Shown one piece after another: positions 24,761 through 38,894 of a stretch of DNA of 64,000 bases. Each line of letters opens with the position of its first letter. The first letter of the stretch is position 1. The DNA is from Hypanus sabinus. Taxonomy: Eukaryota. The notes below the pieces were generated by a model that had not been told where the DNA came from, searched no databases, and was given only the letters and a program-made list of their open reading frames with translations. The translations under genes were made by a program, and so were the position numbers. The stretch covers positions 94,054,001-94,118,000 of the forward strand of contig NC_082714.1 in NCBI RefSeq assembly GCF_030144855.1, given 5' to 3'.

Positions 24761-25374
24761 GAGTGGAAGTGATTGAATAGGTATACAGGCCTGGAGCTCT
24801 CTTACTGTAAGACCCTTGGTGCTGAAACACTTTATAAAGGGCAGCGTGCAGTTTTCTTTTTCGAGGATGGAATTTTTCCATCAACATGACCAAATATGCT
24901 CGCAATAAAATGGATTTAAGTCCGGAGTTTGCAGGGTATATTTTAAAATGACAAATTGTTTCACATTTGATAGTAAAAAGGTAATAAAAGATGGAAGGGG
25001 CCGGGGGGCGGTTCGCAATTTTGCTCGAAGTTCGGCTGGTGAACAGGTCGGAGTCGATCCAAAACTGCCAAAGCGGCGTCTGCAACGCAAAGTATAGTTA
25101 GATTTGCATTTTGATGTCGCCTATCAAAATTTCAGCAGCACAGCAAGAGCTTTACAACAATTAATTCATTGATGTAGTCATTCTTGTAATGTATCTAACA
25201 GTGTATCATGTGCATAACCGGGTGATTTATTTTGCTAAAGTTTTTGTGGGATCGTTGTTAACACAGGTCTCAATGCTCTACGTTCGTTATGGGTTGAGTG
25301 ATATAGGAATTAAATTCTTGCACCTTACACATATAAGGTTAAGAGATTCATTTGGTATTTAGATACACAGCTGA

Positions 25375-25601
25375 ATGGAGATGAAAAGTTCTCTAAGTGC
25401 ATGTTTTCGGAATGATTGGTGGTGCCAGAGGGAGCGGTTGGGGTACTATATCTTGGAAACCGCTGCTGTCCTGGAATTTTCACGCACAGCTGTTACTAGT
25501 ATTTACAGAGAATGATGTGAAAAACAATTAAACGATTAAAGTAAAACATCCAGTGAGCAGAAGTTCTATGGGCTAAAACGTCTTGTGAATGAGACAGGTC
25601 A
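25375..25601 (+). mobile_element. Tc1-like transposase N-terminal fragment
   Basis: ggaatgattggtggtgccaga...gaaaccgctgctgtcctggaattttcacgcaca...catccagtgagcagaagttctatggg; ends exactly where the L1 begins. Confidence 0.6.
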
Positions 25602-26410
25602 GGTTCCGGTGACGTCGTCGTCCAGAATGTCAGCTTAAGGCAATTGCTCCTGCGGAAAAACGTATATTTTGCCCCGTTACTCCATCAAATATAAGATCAT
25701 CCGAAAATATCTGAATTGATAAGCGGGGTAAGAATGAGGAAAAAGTATGGAGATTAAAACAAGCATCACTGCGGAGCCTATGGACAAGAGGGGCGCAGCG
25801 AGCGACTCTCCTACACGAACGCGTGGTAGGGAAGCTGACGATGGGCCTCGTTCAGGCGTTGCGGCAAATATGATAAGAATTCTGGAAGAGAGACTGAGAA
25901 TCCAAAAAAATAACAAAAACAGCAAGTAAGTGATATAAAGTCAGAACTCGCCAACGTCAATCAAAAAATAGTGGAGGCAGAGACATGAATTGAGAAGGTG
26001 GAAGATCGCGAGCAAAAAGTGGAACGGATACTAAATAAGACGATAGTAATATTAAATCAACAAGAACGTAAATTGCTTGACCAGGACGGAAGATCACAGC
26101 TGAAAAATATCAGGATATACAGTGTTCCCAAAGGTTTGGAGGGTTTGTCTATGATGGAGTTTGCGGGAACGTTGCTGTGGGACGCGCAGGGTATACCTTC
26201 GATTATGGGGCTTGAAATTGAGAGAGCGCATCGTGCGCTCGCCCTGCGGCCTACAGTAGACAGAGAAGATAAGCCACGCTCAATACTAACTAGATTCCTT
26301 CGATAAAATACCAAGGCGGAGATTCTATGAAGGGCCAGGGGAAAGAAGAGGGTGTTTTTATTTTGGAAGGAAAATTTTTAAATTTCTATCAAGATTACCC
26401 ACAGGCGGTC
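25602..26410 (+). mobile_element. L1-clade LINE, 5' UTR + partial ORF1 only
   Basis: Highly similar to 38895-39700; ORF1 motifs NIRIYSVPKG, LEIERAHRAL, PRSILTRFLR. Confidence 0.85.
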
Positions 26411-27581
26411 CTGAGAGAAATCCAACACGGATACTTAGATCCGAAGACAAGTGGTAGATATGTTTAGCAACCTGCCAGAGGTAGTGGTCGAGGGAAGTAA
26501 AATTTTGCAGTCTGAAAAACATCCGGGTAGTAAGATGGATATTGAAATTTCATGTTGACATGAGTCAAATACATACAAATGGGATGAGCGCAGTTAGGTA
26601 ACATGGCCGGCATGGTCAATTTGGGCAGAAAGGCCCATGTCTGTACTGTGTAACTCTGTAAGTCTAAATGTCGCGGTTGTCAGGGACAGGGAATTAGTGT
26701 AATAGTTGGTTGCCAGTGAGGCTCAACAAACACCTTTCCCGGGGCTTCTAATAAATATTATTTATTGCAGGGACTGACATGTAAGGTCAAAGTATGTTTT
26801 AAGTTAGTAACAACGAATGAAACTAAGGATCAATTATATCTTTTGCAGGTTAATGACAAGCATGTACATCAGGCTGTGAGGGAGATAATGTCGGCTTTTT
26901 TCCGAGGAGTCTGTGGACGGGACATTTTAGTTGGTTAGCAATTGTTCAGTAAAGGAAACAGGTGTGTCTTCGGATCGAAGGCTGATCTTGCTCCGTGGAC
27001 GAGAGAATTCACTGGTAATGGTAGGCAGGGAGAGGGAAACCAAACAAATTTGGGGAACTGAAAGGTGTATACACCGAATGACAAGACACTGGGCTACAAA
27101 GAGGATGCAAAATGTCTTTCCACTCGGTGGGTGATGCGGGATAGGATGAACAACGATGACGTGACCCAATTCAGTCAGGGACTGTCTTTTTTCTCTCCAA
27201 GTACCGCGTGCAGTTTTTCGTCGCCCACCATAGTCCACGACAGGATGGATAGATGTTTGTGAACAACGTGATTCAGCGCTGCGGATATCGGCCGAGCAGT
27301 GCTGTGGTTATGACCATTTTAGATCATGTATAACAGCGAGGCAGGTGTGCGAGGTCCTTGCATCATTTTACATATTCGCTTGTGTCTCTTGTATTGAAAC
27401 ATGTATCGGTTTCCTCAGATTATGCTGCGGGGTGGTCCAGAGATGGAGAGAGATAACGATCCCATGATCACCCTCTGGGCTATCCTCAAACCTTCATGTT
27501 CCTCAATAAGTTTTCTGTTGGCTGTTTTCAAAGTTACACATTTGTCATGAAGTAGCTGAGTCATCATCTCCTCTACCCTCC

Positions 27582-27780
27582 NNNNNNNNNNNNNNNNNNN
27601 NNNNNNNNNNNNNNNNNNNNNNNNNNNNNNNNNNNNNNNNNNNNNNNNNNNNNNNNNNNNNNNNNNNNNNNNNNNNNNNNNNNNNNNNNNNNNNNNNNNN
27701 NNNNNNNNNNNNNNNNNNNNNNNNNNNNNNNNNNNNNNNNNNNNNNNNNNNNNNNNNNNNNNNNNNNNNNNNNNNNNNNN
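27582..27780. other. Assembly gap
   Basis: 199 N. Confidence 1.
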
Positions 27781-28060
27781 TTCTCGCTCTTACTCCCCTC
27801 CCTTCTCTCTCTTTGCCTTTCTCTGCTGCCTCTATCTCTCTCTCCCCTATTTCCGTCTCTCTCCTTTCTGTCACTCCCCATCTCTCACACCTACTCTCTC
27901 CACTCACATTCTTATCTTACTCAATCTGCTTCACTTGCCACTGATTTTTCTTTCTCCCCATCCCTCACCCTCCACGCTCTCACCGTCTCACCCTCTGCTT
28001 GTTCTGTTTCCCATAACTCATTCTACCTCTCTCTTTCCTTGTCCTTCTGTCTCCCCATTC
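27781..28060 (+). repeat. CT-rich degenerate microsatellite adjoining an assembly gap
   Basis: Almost pure C/T run directly after the N block. Confidence 0.85.
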
Positions 28061-28139
28061 ATCGCTTGTTTCAACTAATTCCAATTGTGTAATGTTTTTA
28101 AGATTTAGTTTTTGAATTTGTCTCTTCTTACTATTGCAG

Positions 28140-30555
28140 TTTGGGATTCCCATACAGTTAAAGGTCTAGATGGGTTAGAGTTCGTAAAATGAGTTCAGAG
28201 AAGATTTTTAAATCAATATATAGAAGTACCAACTAGAGAGTTGCAATATTAGATCTCCTATTAGGAAATGAGTTAGGGCTGTGACGGAAGTGTGTGTATG
28301 GGAACGCTTTGGTTCAGTGATCATAACGTCATAGTTTCAAATTGATCATGGATAAAGATAGATGTGGTCCTCGGATTGAAGTTATAATCTGGAAAAAGGC
28401 CAAATTTGAAGAAATGTGAAAGGATCTAAAAAGCGTAGATTGGGACAGGTTGTTCTCTGGTAAGGATGTGATTAGTAAGTGGGAGGACTTCAAAGCAGAG
28501 ATTTTGAGAGTGCAGAGTTTGGATGTTCCTGTCAGGGTTAAAAGTAAAATGAATAAGAATAAGTAACCTTGGTTCTCGAGGGATATTGGTACTCTGACAA
28601 AGAAGAAGAGAGTGATATATAACATGTATAGGCAACAGGGAGGACATAAGATGCTTGAGGAGTATAAAAAGAGTAAGAAAATACTTAAGAAAGAAATACG
28701 GAGGGCTAAAAGAAGACATGAGGTTGCTTTGGCATTCAGGGTGAAAGAGAATCCTAAGAGCTTCTACAGGTATGTTAAGAGCAATAGGATAGTAAGGGAT
28801 AAAAGTGGTCCTCTTGAATATCAGAATGGTCGGCTGTGTATGGAGCCAGAAGAAATGGGACAGATATTACATGATTCTTTGCATCTGTATGTACTAAGAA
28901 AACTGAAATGAAATGTATGGAAACAAGGCAAACAAGTAGGGAAGTCATGGGACATACAGATTAAAAAGGAGGAGGTGCTTGCTGTCTTCAGGCAAATCAG
29001 AGTAGATAAATCCCCAGGACCTGACAGTGTATTCCCTCGGACCTTGAAGGAGACTAGTGTTGAAATTGCAGAGGCTCTGGCAGAAATATTTAAAATGTCG
29101 ATATCCATGGGTCAGGTGCTGGAGGATTGGAGAATAGCTCATGTAGTTCAGTTGTTTGAAAAAAGGCTCAAAAAGTAAGCCGGGAAATTATAGGCCGGTA
29201 AGTTTACCATCCGTAGGTGGTAAATTATTGGAAGGAATAATACGAGATAGGATCTACAAGTATTCGGTTAGACAGGGACTTATTAGAAAATGGCAGCATG
29301 GCTTTGTACGTGGGAGGTCATTTTTCACCAGTCTATTGGAGTTTTTCGAGGACGTTACCAGGAAAGTGATGAAGGGAAGACAATGAATGTTGTATACATG
29401 GACTTCAGTAAAGCCTTTGACAAGGTCCCGTATGGGAGGTTAGTTAGGAACATTCAGTCGCTTGGGATGCATGCAGAGCTGATAAATTGGATAAGACATT
29501 GGAGCAATGGAAGAAGCCATAGAGTGTTAGTTGAGGATTGCTCTGAGTGGAGGCCTGTGACTAATGGTGTGCCACAACGATCGGTGCTGGGACTATTGTT
29601 ATTTGTCATCTATGTCAATGATCTGGATGATAATGTGGCAAATTGGATCAGCAAATTTACTGATGATACAAAGATTGGAGGTGTAGTGGACAGGGAGGAA
29701 GGTTTTCAAAGCTTGCAGAGGGATTTGCACCAGTTGGAGGAAAGGGCTGAAAAATGGCAGATGGAGTTCAATGCAGACAAGTGTGAGCTATTGCACTTCG
29801 GAAGGTCAAACCAAGGTAGAACATACACGGTAAATGGTAGGACACTGAGGAGTGCAGTAGTGCAGAGGGATCTGGGAGCATATTTACATAATTCCCTAAA
29901 AGTGTCGTCACAGATAGATAGGGTCGTAAAAACAGCTTTTGGAACATTGGCCATTATAAATCAAAGTATTGAGTATAAGAGTTGGAATGTAATGGTGAGG
30001 TTGTATAAGACATTGGTGAGACCGAATTTGGAGTATTGTGTGCAGTCTTGGTCACTTAATTACAGGAAGGATATTAATAAGGTTGAGAGAGTGCAGAGAA
30101 AGTTTACAAGGATGTTGCCGGGACCTGAGAAACTGAGTTATAGAGAAAGGTGAATAAGTTAGGACTTTATTCCCTGGAGCGTAGGAGAGTGAGGTGTGTT
30201 TTGATAGAGGTGTATAAAATTATAATGGGTTATAGATAGAGTGAATGCATGCAGGCATTTTCCACTGAGGCTAGGGGAGACGAAAAAGAGGTCATGTGTT
30301 ATGGGTGAAGGGGGGAAACGTTTAAAGCGAACATTGGGGGAATGCTGCACGCAAAGTGGTGGGAGTGTGGAGTGATCTGCCAGATGAAGTGGAGAATGCG
30401 GGCTCACTTTTAATTTTTAAGAAAAACTTGGAAAAGCATATGGATGAGAGGGGTTTGGAGGGATATGGCCCAGGTGCAGGTCAGTAGGACTAGGCAAAAA
30501 AAGGTTCGGCATAGCCAAGAGGCCTGTTTCTGTGCTGTAACGTTCTATGGTTCTG
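28140..30555 (+). mobile_element. CR1 LINE (endonuclease end through 3' UTR), degraded
   Basis: ORF 29290-30153 (287 aa): YMDFSKAFDKVP, PQRSVLG, FTDDTK, RPNLEYCVQ; tail ...ttctatggttctgtgg. Confidence 0.95.
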
Positions 30556-32003
30556 TGGTTTCTCCGATTGAGAGAATTCAAAAATACTTAGTCTTATCTC
30601 ATCAACGCCCCCACCTTCCCGGGGCGTAGTGACCGCGCCACCTGCCCAACTTCACAAACAGGACAGAAACAGCAGCAAATTTTTTTAACTGTCGCTAAAT
30701 AAAGGCGGTGCAAACCCCGTCTCGGTCCCCATGGGGAGATGACGCGGTCCGCAGCTGCATCAGTACCGCTCACAACACAAACAGTTCGACACTTTTTATC
30801 TGCACATCCCATCCTCGACTCTGGTCAGCGGATAAACAAAATCATCGGGACCTGGGAAAGAAAATTCAAAGGCCCTGATTGAATGAGCGAGACGTTAACT
30901 GGACTAACCAGTGTCCTGCGCTCAGAAGAATTACCATATCCCAAGTTACGAACGACACGTATTCTAAATTTTACTCACCAGCTCCAATTATTTAATGAGA
31001 AGCAGTCGATAGAACAGGCCTTACACAACCTTAACTAAAGGATATTAAACAATAACTTTTCACAAATAAAAAGAAGCCAATGTTTCACAGTTGCGTTATT
31101 AGATACATGTTGATACCGTGTCACAGTGAGTCGAACTTTTGCTTGTATGAAATTACTTCTCATCTATTACACAGTATCGAATAGATCGTGGCAGAGTGAA
31201 GGCTGACTGGTGATGAACTAAATCATGGACAAGAGAAGGGAGATTTGATGTCCCACACGTGGCACACTATTAATAACATCCTTCATCAGAGTGCGGATCA
31301 GCATCAGACTCAGGTATAATATCACAGCCACATGTCCTTTAATTTGCTGTTTGTATTCCAGAGGCTGAAGATGTGAATAAGAAAAACATGGAATGTCTGA
31401 AAGTAGCAGAGCAGTACAAAACAAAATTAGACCTTTAGGTCCATCTAATCTGTTCCGAATTCTTAATATGGTTATACATACATATATGGTTAGTACGGCT
31501 TTCATACACCCCCCCATCCCAATTTCTCTTAAATTTTGAACTCGACCCTCACCCATCACTTCCGCTGGTAACTCTTTCTGCACTCTCACCATCCTTTGAG
31601 TGAAGACGTTTCCCCCGATGATCCCTTGAAACATTCCACCGTTTACCCTTATGCCATATCTATAGTTGTATTCTCACCCAATATCAGTGCAAAAATAGCC
31701 TGATAATATTTTACCCTTGCTATATCATGCTGGACTAGCGTAGTAGGAGACATAAAGAGCCAATACTGCCAAACTAAGTATGTAAGAAAAAGTTTAAAAC
31801 AGAATGGTTAATTTGGATCAATTTCACACTGAGAATGGAAATTCCAGAAATAAATAAATAAATAAAGCGTAGGTGAACTTATACACATGTATGAGATGGC
31901 AAAGGAATTCATCCAGAAATACATTGGAACGACAGGCCGCAGTGACACTCTATCACACTATGCAGGCGGCAAAATGAAGTAAGTGCTTTTGATCAAGAAA
32001 AGG

Positions 32004-32136
32004 NNNNNNNNNNNNNNNNNNNNNNNNNNNNNNNNNNNNNNNNNNNNNNNNNNNNNNNNNNNNNNNNNNNNNNNNNNNNNNNNNNNNNNNNNNNNNNNNN
32101 NNNNNNNNNNNNNNNNNNNNNNNNNNNNNNNNNNNN
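32004..32136. other. Assembly gap
   Basis: 133 N. Confidence 1.
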
Positions 32137-32149
32137 GGATGCCGGAATC

Positions 32150-34900
32150 TATTATTAAGAACACCAGGAGGCCAGAAGACTATCAGGCATAGGAGGAGGA
32201 TTAAGAGTCTGTCTCGGCATTTAATAATGGCTGATCCTTCTTTTATAGCTTCTTCTCAACCACAGTTCCCGGACTTCTCCCCGTAACCTTTGATGCTATA
32301 TGCAATCAAAAACCTATCAATCTCTGCCTTAAATACCTCAATGACTGGGCCTCCACAGCAGCATGTTGCAACAAATTCCAAAAATTCTATACCCTTTGGC
32401 TAAAGAAATTTATCCGCATCTCTGTTTTGAAAGGGAGCCCCTGTATCCTAAGGCTATACCCTCTTTCCCTGGATTCTCGCACCACAGGAAACATCCGTTC
32501 CACTGTGTCTCGGCCTTTCAACATTTGAAATATTTCGATGACACCACCTCTACCACACTTCCACCCCCCCCCCCCCCCACAACCCCGCGCATCCTTCTGA
32601 ATTCCAGAGAGTACAGACTCAAAGGCATTCAACCTTCCTCGTATGCTAACTCTTTCATTCCTGGAATCATGATTGTGAACCTCCTCTGAAGCCTCTCCAA
32701 TGCCAGCACCACCCTTTTGAGATGAGGTGCCAAAATTGTTCACAATACTCAAAGTGAGACCTCACCAATGCCTTATAAAGCCTCAACATCACATGTGTGC
32801 TCTTGTATTCTGGACCTCGAAATAAATGCTAACGTGGCGTTTGCCTTCCTCACCACCGACTTAAACTGAAAGTTAACCTTCAAGAAGTTCTTCACAAGGG
32901 CTCCCAAGTCCCTCGGCATTTCGGATTCCTTAATTTTCTCGCCGCTTAGAATATAGTTCGCATATTTATTTCTACTACCAAACTGCATGATCATGCATTT
33001 TCCAAAATTATATTTCATTTTCTACTTTCTTATCCATTCTCCTAACCTGTCTAAGATCCTACCTCAACACTACTTGCCCCTCCAACAAACTTCGTACCAT
33101 TTGCACACTTGGCAACTAAGTAATCTATTTCATCATTTAAATTACTTATCTACAGAATAAGACGAAGTTGTCCCAAGGCAGACACCTGCGGAACACCACT
33201 AGTAGCCAAACAGAGAAGGATGCTTTTATTCCCACTCGCTGCTTCCTACTTATCAGCCAAAGCTCTAACAATGTTATTATATGTTTTCATATTTCATCTT
33301 TTGCCTTCTAATTATTATTATTTGGTTGTTCTCTGTAGCTTTTTAAATCTTCCCAATCCTCTATCATCCCACTGATTTTTTTTTTTTTTTGATTGCTGCA
33401 TGCCCTTTGTTTTGATTTGACCTTCCTTGACAGCCATGGTTGCAATTATTTATTATTTGTGTAATTTTTCACTTTTGGAAAACAAATGTCCTGCAGCTTC
33501 CACATTCCCCTGCAAAACACACGTTATTCCTGCTCTACTGACATGCCCCTTCCAATTTACTTTGGCCAACACACAACATTATTATCATCAACAACAAATA
33601 TACTAACCCATTCTACACACTTCCTCATCCACGTCATTTATAAATTTCACGAAAAGAAGCGGTCCAAGATCAGATCCTTGAATCACACCACTGCTTTCCA
33701 TGCAGAGTGTGACCCATCTAGAATCACTCTTTGCCTTCTGTGGGCAAGTCAGTTCTGGATCAACAATGCGACGTTCTCTTGGAATCCATGCCTCCTTTAT
33801 TTCTTAATAAGCCCTGCATGAGGTATCTTATTCAATGTCTTGCTGAAATCCATATACACTGCATCTACTGCTCTAGCTTCATCCTCAAAAAATTCAATTA
33901 GGCTCGGAAAGCGCGACCTGCCTTTGACAAAGCAATGCTGACTATTCCCAATCATATTATTTCCTGGTTATCTCTAGTTCCTTTTTTGAATAAGGGAACA
34001 ACATCCACAACCCTCAAGTCCTCTCGAACCTCTCCAGTTCCCATTGTTGAGGGAAAGATCATTGCCAGAGTTTCAGAAATCTCTTCCCTTGACTCCCACA
34101 TGGGGTAAATCTCGCCCGGTCCCGGAGACTAATCCAACGATGCTTTCTAAAAAGGTCCAACAAATCGTATTTTTGTCTATATATGCTCAGGTTTTTCAGC
34201 CGGCTGCAAGTCATCCTGCAATTTCCAAGATTCTTTCCTGCAAAGGAACTATTCACTAGGTACCTCCTCCATAAACACTTTCCCTGTGTCACCCCTGATT
34301 GGTCCTATTCTCTCACGTCTTATCCGCTTGTCCCTAACAGTATTGTGGAATGCCTTGGAGTTTCTTTAGTCCTGCTCACCAGGGCCTTCTCATAGCCCCT
34401 TCTGGCTCTCCTAATTTCATTCTTCAGCTCCTTCCTGTTAGCCTTACAATCTTCTAGATCTCTATCATCCTCTAGTTTTTTTAACCTTTCATAGTATGTA
34501 CCAGTACTTCTGGCTGCTCACCTACTCTTTTCAGGATAATTACGGATATATCCAGAATTATCTTGGACCTTGGCACCTGCGACGTAAACTACCATCTATG
34601 TTTCATTTTCGCGTCCTAGTAGCGGCTATCTGTCTTCCTGACCATGGAGTTCCGTATTACTGTTGTTATCCCCTTCAGTTCCCTACCCTTCTGCGAAACA
34701 GGGCCAGTCACAGTGCAAGAGGCACAGCCGCTGTTGTTTCTTCCAGGTACGTCGTTCCCCCCTCAACCGCACTCAAAGTGGAGTATTTATTGTCTCGATG
34801 GACGGCCACATGTGTGCTGACCACTATCTTACATTCTCCCTTCCCTCTTGTGAATAATAACTCATTTATCTTTCTCCTGTAGCCTTGGCGTTACTACCTC
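32150..34900 (-). mobile_element. Composite of CR1 fragments (3' end, RT, ORF1)
   Basis: ORFs 32387-32752 (TEMRINFFSQRV) and 32773-33018; atccatatacactgcatctac at 33850; ORF1-like cccctcaaccg at 34760. Confidence 0.75.
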
Positions 34901-36587
34901 CCCGTGGTTTCAGCCTATCACTGTTCTACTTTCGCTACAAGCAGAGGGCCATCAAGCTGCAGCTGCAGTTCCATAACACGGTCCCTGTGGAGCTATATCT
35001 CGATGCACCTGGCGCAAGCGGAACCATCAGGGAGACTGGGAGTGTTCTGGAAATTTCTAACATATTCCAGTTTAATAATAAATTGTTTTTTTTATTCAAA
35101 ACACCATCCCACGTTGTACTGAATCCTCTGGCATTCACCTATTCCACCGCCCTTTTGCAGGCAGTTTACGTTTTCCTCAAAACTTGCTAACCTACTTTTC
35201 TCAGGTGGTATGAGGCGCGAGTGGAGCAGTGAGCACAAGCACTGCTTGTGAGGGGCCGAAGACCCTCTGATCTTTTGCTGTCAGCGACATCTTCCCCTGT
35301 AGCCATGCTTGGCTGCAACACGTACCAGTCTGGGGAGGAAATACATATTGTTAGTCATATGGAACGTGCTGAGGAGGCAGTCTGTGGTTGAGCTCTGTGG
35401 GTTACGCTAGCCGCTCACCATGCCATCCTTTCGGCAAACCTGCGTACGTGAATGTGGTGGCAGTGCAGAGAACAAACGGTTAGTGCGGCGCAAAATTTCC
35501 CCAGCTCCTCGCACCGTGAATCCTTGAAGACCCGCCCCCTACAGATCAGGAAACGCTACGATATGAGATCGGCTAATTTATGCCCAAGTTGTCGCAGATA
35601 GAAAATTGTCTGCTTAGTGTTGTGCTGACTGGATTGTGCTCAATCGTATCCCTGGAGCAGGTCGATGAGAGTTTTGTTAGAAAATTATTTCAAAACATCC
35701 CAAGTTCCACAGTTCCACTCCTTACTCTCTACAACAATGTTGTACCCTTCACTCAGCACCTCCTCACCCAAAGCGTGGCCTCCTCCAATACAACTTAATA
35801 CTATTAGTTCAAGGCTCAGAATTAAACTCCCAGAAATGAACGAACTAACACCCGTCAAGCTGAGGGCTGGTTAGTAGGGCTTGGCGGACATTGTACAATG
35901 GAATATGCACAGGATTGAGAATTATTTGTGGTGATAGATCTCTGTTTTTTGTGTTTTTTTTGTTATTCACAACTAAAGTGGTTCCCAGGAATATCAAGTG
36001 CATGTATGTGATTATATGCAAACATGCTTTGGAGTCAGAGAGCACATAACAGCTCACAACGTATATGCTGATCATATAAAACCCATCCACTGTCGTTCTG
36101 CTTTTAAGTAATTGACCTTTAGCCTTCCCTGCTTTACAGATTATAGTTCTTGTCTTGATCTGCTTTGTTTCACGCATCGATGTCAGTGTGTGAAGTAATT
36201 CCCTGTATACAGCATATTAAGAAAAGATACCTGTTTCATTAGACTTAATTTGGGAACTTGGCGATTAGTTAATAGATGGGATAACTTGCCTGTTAACATC
36301 GTGGAGACCTGTGTTCATATGCAGAACCTGTGCAAGATGATTACTATGGTTGCCGGATGTCTCACCTCATCTTATTGTAGATGGAGACAGATGGAGCCGG
36401 TAATGTGCTGGGGTGGCGACAGAGTGAGGCACAGTTGGGACTTTTAAGAGCTGTTTAGTTAGGCGTATGGATGTGAGGAGAATGGTTTCTGGTATGTAGT
36501 CAGGAGTGATTAGACTGGTAGTTAATTATTAATGCAATTGGTTAAGCACAACATTGTGGGCTGAAGGGCCTGTTACTGTGTAACAGT

Positions 36588-37823
36588 TGTCACGTAGACG
36601 GAACACTGTAAAAGTATCAGCAGCAATAGAACACACCTGGAGACTGGTTTCGCTGCTAACAAAACTCTATTTCATTAGTAACTACGCAATATAGTAACTT
36701 AAACCAGGTCAATTAAGAGTTAACGGTGTTATGCACATATTGGTGTAAATATTCAAGTTCCCGAACTTATTCAACTTAGGCGGTAAGTGATAAAACCTTA
36801 TGGTGGAATGTAAAAAAGTTCTGTTCAGTTCACAGGTTAATTAATGTGAGATATTTGTAATCCAAAGTGAAATGTTGTGAGAAGGCAATTAAGTCGATAT
36901 TCCACAGATTCCACGACATGAATACAAAATAACATCAGCAGTAGAGTTTATCTCCGATGTTGTTCCAATCCAAACACGAAGTATTACCGACAGTGATCTT
37001 CAACGAATTCAGCTATGGGAAATCTCAAGGGGGTGGCCACAGGATACTCAAGCAGAATCAAGGAATGGATTATCAACAACGGTAACTTATCACAAAGGGG
37101 ACCATCTTCAAGGGAACCACCACCCAAGCAAGGGTCGACACACTGGTCGATTCCACAAGGTTATCCCCATCACACAACACATGATAGACACTTATCTAAT
37201 TCCACAACATACGAAATAAGTCCAACAGTGATTTGCCACAGGTGTGGCTTCTTCATTGGCCTACCACACAGAGACAAAAGGGTAAACACCAACGTGGTAT
37301 TCACAAAGGCTTTCCTCTCACCAACGAACCCACCCCTGTCGATTAACTTTGTGACAATCACACTTTCGTATTCGAATGAAAACAACCTCATCCTTACAGG
37401 CTACTTAGAGAGAGAAAGTCCAAAGACTATCCTCAAGAATCTTTCTTGCCTTTCGCAGTTGTTAGCCCTTAAGTCCTTTGCACCCAAACGCCGTCTGCTA
37501 AGTTTCTTTCTGATGAAAATAACTTTGAGGTACATTCCCTGTTGTACATGTCCTATCAGGGGCGTCAACAGAGCTTTACCAAAAGGGATTTCTCGCACGT
37601 CAGCGGCAGTTATTAAAAAGGGAGCTTCGAGAGCGTTTGCCCATTGTATTTGCCCTATCAGAGGGTACAACCGGAGCACCAGTCGTTGAATTAGATGGCA
37701 AGGAAGTTTCATGAATAACAGGGAGACACGGCCTAGCAGAGCGGTTATTAAAAGAGCGGTCATCGACAGAGTGTTCTGAGGCAGAATGGTAGGTCTTTGG
37801 CTCATTTGGCTTCAGCGATAACA
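36588..37823. mobile_element. Probable ~1.2-kb solo LTR (different family)
   Basis: Begins TGTCACG, ends CGATAACA; internal short repeats (cctatcaggggcgtcaacagagc / cctatcagagggtacaaccggagc); separates two CR1 fragments. No clean TSD seen. Confidence 0.45.
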
Positions 37824-37829
37824 GGTTGA

Positions 37830-38620
37830 TGCGAGGTAGGTTACCTTTGAGGGATAGAAACAGGAAGTATGTCTGTATGCGGTGTCAGATATGCGATGTC
37901 CTGGAGACTCCCAGCCTCCCGGACAGCCATGTCTACGCCAGGCGCGTGGAGATGCAGTTTCTGAGGGAACTGGAGGTACAGTTCGATGACCTTCGTCTGG
38001 CCAGGGAAAGTGAAGAGGTGATTGAAAGTAGCTCTCGGCAAGCAGTCATACCCGGGCCTTGGGAGACAGATAAGTGGGTAACAGTCAGGAGAGGGAAGGG
38101 CAAGAGTTAGATACCATAGAGTTACCCCTGTGGCTGTTCCCTTTAACAATAAGTACTCCTGTTTGAGTACAGTTAGGGTAGACGGCCATTGTGTGGGAAG
38201 CAACAGTGGCCGCGACTCTGGCACTGTCTGGCCCTGTGCTTCACAATGGTAGGAAGCAGGCAGCAGTAATAGGGGACTCCATATTTAGGGGGTCAGAAAG
38301 GCGTCTCTGTGGACGCAGCAAATAAACACGAATGGTAGTTTGCCTCCCAGGTACCATGATCTGGTCTGTCGCTGCCACGCGACAGTGAGTATTAGAATAA
38401 AGTGAGCTGGAGGATAAATGCATGGCTGAAGGATTGGAGCAGGGGAAAGGGATTCAAAATTCTAGATCATTAGGACCTCGTTACGGGCGGGCATTGCATG
38501 TACAAATAGGACGGGTTACACTTGAATCCGAGGGGTTCCAATATGCTGGTAGCAAACTGTGGGGAGCTTAAACTCAAATTGCTGGGAGTTGGGAACCAGA
38601 CCCTTAAAACGTTGCTTGAA
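37830..38620 (+). mobile_element. CR1 ORF1 fragment
   Basis: CMRCQICDV...LRELEVQFDDLRLARESEEVIE (zinc finger/coiled coil) and ataggggactccatatttagggggtcaga (GDSI motif). Confidence 0.8.
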
Positions 38621-38894
38621 ATGACAAGGAGAAACTCTGAGGTACGGAGATGGAAGGGAGCCCCTCAACGAACAGCGGCGAAGTGAGAGAATGGGCGAGA
38701 GGACGGAGGGTATTTGAAGCCACCATCGTCAATTGCTCCACGGTATTGCTCTCCAATTGAAATGTTGAGGACTTCCTCGGCTTAAGAAGGCACACGGTCA
38801 AATGTTTACACAATGTAAACACATTAGGCAAGAAAGACAATGAAACCAATTTGATTACAGTCGGTCGATCAGTGCTTTAGATGCAAAAATATTT

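Noticed and set aside
23119-25109. Perfect octamers ATTTGCAT at 23119, 23494 and 25102
   Set aside because: At least one is inside a Tc1 end and the others adjoin TE debris; no leader/V exon follows.
37015-37689. 224-aa plus-strand ORF
   Set aside because: No recognisable domain; lies within a probable solo LTR with overlapping ORFs on both strands.
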